Positions 61,796 to 64,000 of a stretch of 64,000 nt of DNA are shown here, piece by piece; within the stretch, counting starts at the first letter, position 1; every line of letters starts with the position of its first letter. The stretch is from an uncultured delta proteobacterium (GTDB lineage Bacteria; Desulfobacterota; Binatia; UBA9968), in NCBI GenBank assembly GCA_963745835.1, contig CAVUZH010000018.1, forward strand, positions 256,001 through 320,000, in the 5' to 3' direction. The translations under genes and the position numbers were made by a program. Below the pieces are notes generated by a model, which saw only the letters and a program-made list of their open reading frames with translations, was not told where the DNA came from and made no database searches.

Positions 61796-62094
61796 TAAGC
61801 AGCAAGGCCAATCAGAGAAGGCCCGCTGTACGCTGAGCGACACCAACGACAACTCGCAGCGGCGCGATGCAGAGACTCGCGGTGTTGCGGCATCACTTCT
61901 CGTCGAACTCACGTACGGTGTCCTCATCGCCAGGCGGAACAAATGGGCTCGTTCTGACTATCACTTCATTCTAGTATAGGCTTGCGGAGACTCTGTTGAC
62001 TTTTCCTGCCTCAACAATGGTTATGGCTTGAACGCGGTATAAAATCGTTGCAGATAATATTTCCGGCAGTCCTTTCAAGATTCCGGAGGAAACC

Positions 62095-62439
62095 ATGGAG
62101 AATTATAACTACGACATCGACGGTTCCACCCATCTGGCTTATGGCTTGTTGCCCAACATGGTTTATTTGATCGCCCGTGACGGCATTGTAGCTTACAAGT
62201 CGGACTGGACCGACGCCCATGAGATCGACGGCATGTGCGCGAGCTTGCTTCGATTGGATGAGATGAAGGCGCGAAAGGTGCCGATCATTCGACAAGGGAT
62301 GTCAGAGAGAATGCACTGGATACCGATGGATCCCGTGCAGCGAGAAAATGTTTACCGGCGCTCGGGAGAGAAAGCGATCCAGGACTACTTCAGGGCGAAG
62401 GGACGCTTGCCCTATGCGGCCGATGCAGAGAAAGGGTAG
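62095..62439 (+). CDS. Deiodinase/peroxiredoxin-like protein apparently lacking its catalytic middle
   Basis: GGAGG RBS; MENYNYD joined directly to IDGSTHLAYGLLPNMVYLIARDGIVAYKSDW. Confidence 0.6.
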   Translation: MENYNYDIDGSTHLAYGLLPNMVYLIARDGIVAYKSDWTDAHEIDGMCASLLRLDEMKARKVPIIRQGMSERMHWIPMDPVQRENVYRRSGEKAIQDYFRAKGRLPYAADAEKG

Positions 62440-62619
62440 TCATAGTTCGTCGCCACTGAGCAATCAGCAGCAATCAGTGCTGGCGTTCCCTGCAAAAAGA
62501 AAAGGCCGACATGGTATGCGGCAACCGCAGTGAGTACCTACCCATAAAGTCGCTTGCAACGTGAGTTTTTTTGCAAGAACAAATAACTAGTCGAACTACT
62601 ATCTTTCCCTGCTAGTTAA

Positions 62620-62946
62620 TTGCTAGGCTGGGTTATGCTCCGAGTTCTTCGATGCGATCTTTGGTTCTACCTGGCTTTCATCGCCGCCGGGGTGCTTTTA
62701 TTTCAGGCAACGCCTACCCAATGGCATCTCGCTGAGTATCTTTCTTTCGTTACCACCAAGATCGGCTACAGCGACTTTGAACGACCGGACCATCGACCAT
62801 TTCGATCCGACCTAGCATCAGGTTTGCCGGGGAGGAGCAGGACCGTTGTAGAATTTTCTTACATCAAGTTCGATCGCAAACAAAATACTCGCCTCTGGCC
62901 TTTCATCTTCACTGGAATCACACGATCACCTCCCGCTTCTCATTAG
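62620..62946 (+). CDS. Possible small membrane protein ending in RSPP
   Basis: Hydrophobic N-terminus, C-terminal GITRSPPASH; lies upstream of a transporter. Confidence 0.35.
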   Translation: MLGWVMLRVLRCDLWFYLAFIAAGVLLFQATPTQWHLAEYLSFVTTKIGYSDFERPDHRPFRSDLASGLPGRSRTVVEFSYIKFDRKQNTRLWPFIFTGITRSPPASH

Positions 62947-63100
62947 CCGATAGAATTTAGCTGGTGCAGATTGCAACCCCTGGGCTTATTGCCGGGAGTT
63001 CTGGGTTGTCATCTGCTTCTGATTCGAGCTTGTGCCCTGAGATCGCTCGGATCGAGAAGAATACGTCGACAACGGCTACGTTCCACAAAGGAGCTGAGAA

Positions 63101-64000
63101 ATGGCTCGAGTACTAACCTACAGCGTGCTGCTGATAGTGGGAATGGTGCTATCCCAGTTGCCCGCCATCGATCATTTGAAGCCCGAGATTGCGGCGCTCA
63201 CAATGATCTTTCTTGCCTACATCATGATTCAAGTCGGAATGGAATTCGAAATCGACAAAAATGACCTGCGGAAATATGGTGTTGATTACCTTGTCGCTAT
63301 GGCTGCGGCGGCCGTGCCGTGGCTCACGGCTGCGGCATACTTCTGGTGGTTCTTTCACATCGGGACCGCCGAAAGCCTGTTGATCGGCCGCTTTGCCGCG
63401 CCGACCTCTGCCGGGATACTCTTCACAATGCTCGCCGCCGCAGGACTTGCGGCAACATGGACCTATAAGAAGGCCCGAGTTTTAGCGATCTTCGACGATC
63501 TCGATACCGTTCTGTTGATGATTCCACTAAAGATGATGCTGCTTGGATTTACACTCAAACTGCTCGGCCTTGGCATCGTAGTTGTTGCCTTACTCGTGGC
63601 GGCATATTTCATGATCCATTGGCTGCGAGTTCCGACAAACAACTTCTGGGTTGCCGGTTATGCTGCGCTTATCTGGGCCTCATGCGTGGCATTCGACTAT
63701 GTCACGGAGTTGCACCTGGAAGTGTTGCTGCCTGCTTTCGCCTTGGGGTGTCTCATCAAGTCGGATCATCTGCATGGTTCGGAAGAGTTTGATCCGCACG
63801 CAAGAGGTTCCGAGCCTTACAATCGGGAGTGGGAAGACGTGCTCGATCGCTTTATCAAAGGTTCCTTCATGTTACTTGCCGGCATGGCGCTTCCGCCGAT
63901 TCAGTTTGGTTCAATCGGCATCGGCATTGTTGTTGTTCATGTGTTCCTTTTGACTTTCCTGATGAACATCGGCAAGTGCGTTCCGTTGGCGGCTTACGGC
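63101..64000 (+). CDS. Cation/H+ antiporter, 3'-truncated (absent from the ORF track)
   Basis: AAGGAG RBS; MARVLTYSVLLIVGMVLSQ..VGMEFEIDK..GRFAAPTSAGILFTML..KARVLAIFDDLDTVLLMIPLK. Confidence 0.85.
   Translation, partial: MARVLTYSVLLIVGMVLSQLPAIDHLKPEIAALTMIFLAYIMIQVGMEFEIDKNDLRKYGVDYLVAMAAAAVPWLTAAAYFWWFFHIGTAESLLIGRFAAPTSAGILFTMLAAAGLAATWTYKKARVLAIFDDLDTVLLMIPLKMMLLGFTLKLLGLGIVVVALLVAAYFMIHWLRVPTNNFWVAGYAALIWASCVAFDYVTELHLEVLLPAFALGCLIKSDHLHGSEEFDPHARGSEPYNREWEDVLDRFIKGSFMLLAGMALPPIQFGSIGIGIVVVHVFLLTFLMNIGKCVPLAAYG

Noticed and set aside
23174-62439. A single halogen-cycling system (Rdh-like, chloroperoxidase, deiodinase-like)
   Set aside because: The genes are 15-23 kb apart in unrelated contexts, and non-heme chloroperoxidases are usually esterases/perhydrolases
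1-64000. CRISPR array, tRNA, rRNA, integrase or transposase
   Set aside because: No regularly spaced repeats, cloverleaf or such ORFs were seen

Overview
This GC-rich bacterial window looks like Candidatus Binatia (Desulfobacterota_B), inferred from its many orphan solute-binding proteins, amidohydrolases and cyclodeaminases. It has five parts. (1) 1-20 kb holds catabolic and transport genes, including a hidden AhpD-like selenoprotein (C-E-Y-U, in-frame UGA plus a SECIS-like hairpin) that the ORF track splits in two. (2) 20-24 kb holds ybeY, prfB with its +1 frameshift, and a stand-alone reductive-dehalogenase-like Fe-S protein. (3) 24.4-37.2 kb is an arsenosugar-type operon: arsM, arsS, an embedded four-gene ABC importer, a TVP38-flavoprotein reductase fusion, DUF547 and two transferases. 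A divergent ECF sigma/zinc anti-sigma pair, a matching GGAAC-N17-GTT promoter and a frameshifted Met-rich MXKDX peptide precede it. (4) 37-43 kb is a mosaic of intact stress genes and gene remnants. (5) A pentose-phosphate operon is followed by accessory genes: a type ISP R-M remnant, a Phd/VapC pair, patatin, an MBL hydrolase, an internally deleted deiodinase-like gene and a truncated cation/H+ antiporter. Four copies of a ~155-180 bp MITE-like element are dispersed through the window. All calls come from reading motifs by eye; no database search was run.
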